A stretch of DNA of 64,000 nt. It comes from Vicinamibacterales bacterium (GTDB lineage: Bacteria; Acidobacteriota; Vicinamibacteria; Vicinamibacterales; JAMQPK01). Where the stretch lies: positions 1,359,906-1,423,905 of the forward strand of contig CAVXIR010000007.1 in assembly GCA_963761975.1 (NCBI GenBank), written 5' to 3'. Every line of letters begins with the position of its first letter. The stretch's first letter is position 1. Positions 62,402-64,000 of the stretch are shown here, in pieces. Both the position numbers and the translations under genes were made by a program. The notes beneath the pieces were generated by a model, which was not told the DNA's origin, made no database searches, and saw only the letters and a list, made by a program, of their open reading frames with translations.

Positions 62402-63554
62402 ATGAGCCGTGACGGTCGCCATCTGTTCACGTCCGAATCCGTGACCGAAGGACATCCCGACAAGATTGCCGATCAGGTTTCAGACTCAGTTCTCGATGCC
62501 CTTCTCGCACAGGACCCGAAGAGCCGCGTCGCCTGCGAGACGCTCGTGACAACTGGCCTGGTCATCATGGCCGGCGAAATCACCACCAACGCCATTGTCG
62601 ATTTTCAGGAGATTGCGCGCTCGGCGATCCGCGATGTCGGCTACACCCGCGCGAAGTTCGGCTTCGACGCAGACACCTGCGCGGTCCTGTCGTCCATCCA
62701 CAAGCAGTCGCCCGACATCAGCATGGGCGTCGACACCGGCGGCGCGGGCGACCAGGGTCTGATGTTCGGGTATGCCTGCAATGAGACCGAAGAGCTGATG
62801 CCGCTGCCAATCATGCTCGCGCACAAGCTGGTGAAAGGGCTTTCGTGCGCGCGCCGCGATGGCGTCCTCGACTATCTCCGGCCGGACGGCAAATCGCAGG
62901 TGACCGTCGAGTACCGAGGGCCGCAAACCCGTTCGCGTCGATGCGATCGTCGTGTCCAGCCAGCATCGAGAGGATATCGACAACGATCGAATGCGCGGTG
63001 ACTTCATCGACAAGATCATCAATCGCGTCGTGCCGGCCGACCTGATGGACAAGAACACGAAAATCTACGTGAACCCGACCGGCCGTTTCGTCATCGGCGG
63101 CCCGCACGGCGATGCCGGCCTTACCGGCCGCAAGATCATCGTCGATACCTATGGTGGAGCCGCGCCGCATGGCGGCGGCGCGTTTTCAGGAAAAGATCCC
63201 ACGAAGGTCGATCGCTCCGCCTGCTACATGGCCCGCTATATCGCGAAAAACTGCGTGGCCGCCGGCTTCGCGGAAAAGCTGCAAGTACAGCTCGCGTATG
63301 CGATCGGCGTGGCCGATCCCGTCTCGGTGATGGTCGATACGTACGGCACCGGCAAGATCGCCGACGAGAAGATTACCGAGCTCGTGCGCGAGCACTTCAA
63401 GCTGACGCCGAAGGGCATCATCGAAGATCTCGACCTGCGGAGGCCCATCTACAAGAAAACGGCGGCCTTCGGCCACTTCGGCCGTACTGAAGACGGCTTC
63501 AGCTGGGAGAAGACGGATCGCGCCAACGCGCTTCGCAAGGCCGCGGGCCTGTAG
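62402..63554 (+). CDS. metK: S-adenosylmethionine synthetase (frameshift near 62915)
   Basis: [42 protein letters not shown]. Confidence 0.95.
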
Positions 63555-63572
63555 CTAGGAGTCGATTTTATT

Positions 63573-63643
63573 CGTCCATCGTCCATCGTCCATCGTCCAT
63601 CGTCTGGACGATCGACGATCGCCGATCGACGATGGACGATGAC
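63573..63643. repeat. Inverted heptamer tandem repeat
   Basis: (cgtccat)x4 followed by the complementary gacgatc/gacgatg units. Confidence 0.75.
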
Positions 63644-64000
63644 GGCGGCCGTTCTGGCCGCCGTTTTTCTTTTTCTCCTCCTGCCGTTGCCGTCACGGCC
63701 CCTTGGCCTCAGCTCGCCGCTCTCGCCCTCGCTATCCGCGGTCGGGTCCTTTCACGTTCACACGGACCGTTCCGATGGATCGGGGTCAGCAGATGAAGTT
63801 GCCGCGGCGGCCGCCCGCGCGGGACTGAACTTCGTCGTTCTCACCGATCACGGCGACGGGACACGGACACCAGAACCCCCGCGGTATCGCTCTGGCGTGC
63901 TCGTCATCGACGGGGTAGAGCTGAGCACGCAAGGCGGCCACTACATCGCGATCGGCATTCCTCCCGCGCCGTATCCGCTTCGCGGCGAAGCCCGCGACGT
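63639..64000 (+). CDS. PHP-domain metallohydrolase, 3'-partial
   Basis: Manual translation FHVHTDRSDGSG...LNFVVLTDHG...GVELS...GHY. Confidence 0.8.
   Translation, partial: MTAAVLAAVFLFLLLPLPSRPLGLSSPLSPSLSAVGSFHVHTDRSDGSGSADEVAAAAARAGLNFVVLTDHGDGTRTPEPPRYRSGVLVIDGVELSTQGGHYIAIGIPPAPYPLRGEARD

Overview
The window has two halves. Positions ~39,000-64,000 are high-GC core chromosome resembling Acidobacteria (Vicinamibacterales-like; inferred from gene content). They carry the 5' part of comM, an MltD-like transglycosylase, a BMC shell gene plus aldehyde dehydrogenase, a type IV pilus/T2SS operon, murQ, xerD and metK. Positions 1-~38,970 are a genomic island inserted in comM by a large serine recombinase (LSR, 37468-39000); its other end lies left of the window. 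The island carries two VirD4/TraD-like ATPases, an XRE regulator, a RuvC-like gene, a second LSR (33178-34704), DUF932 and SpoVG-like genes, a Pycsar defence pair, nucleases, and IS256/IS5/IS1182/IS1380 elements or remnants. The most striking observation is a 26-bp site inside the 3' end of the second LSR gene that recurs twice more (29788-29813, 27695-27720). Each copy is followed in frame by a different but homologous C-terminal tail for the recombinase (PHRxVTRTFxxxxWxLxxWxxRWL), and the copies delimit 3.5-kb and 2.1-kb AT-richer cargo segments. This looks like an integron-like cassette array run by a serine recombinase, in which each cassette supplies a replacement C-terminus. Several housekeeping genes (metK, comM, aldehyde dehydrogenase) are frameshifted, so many apparent pseudogenes may be sequencing indels.
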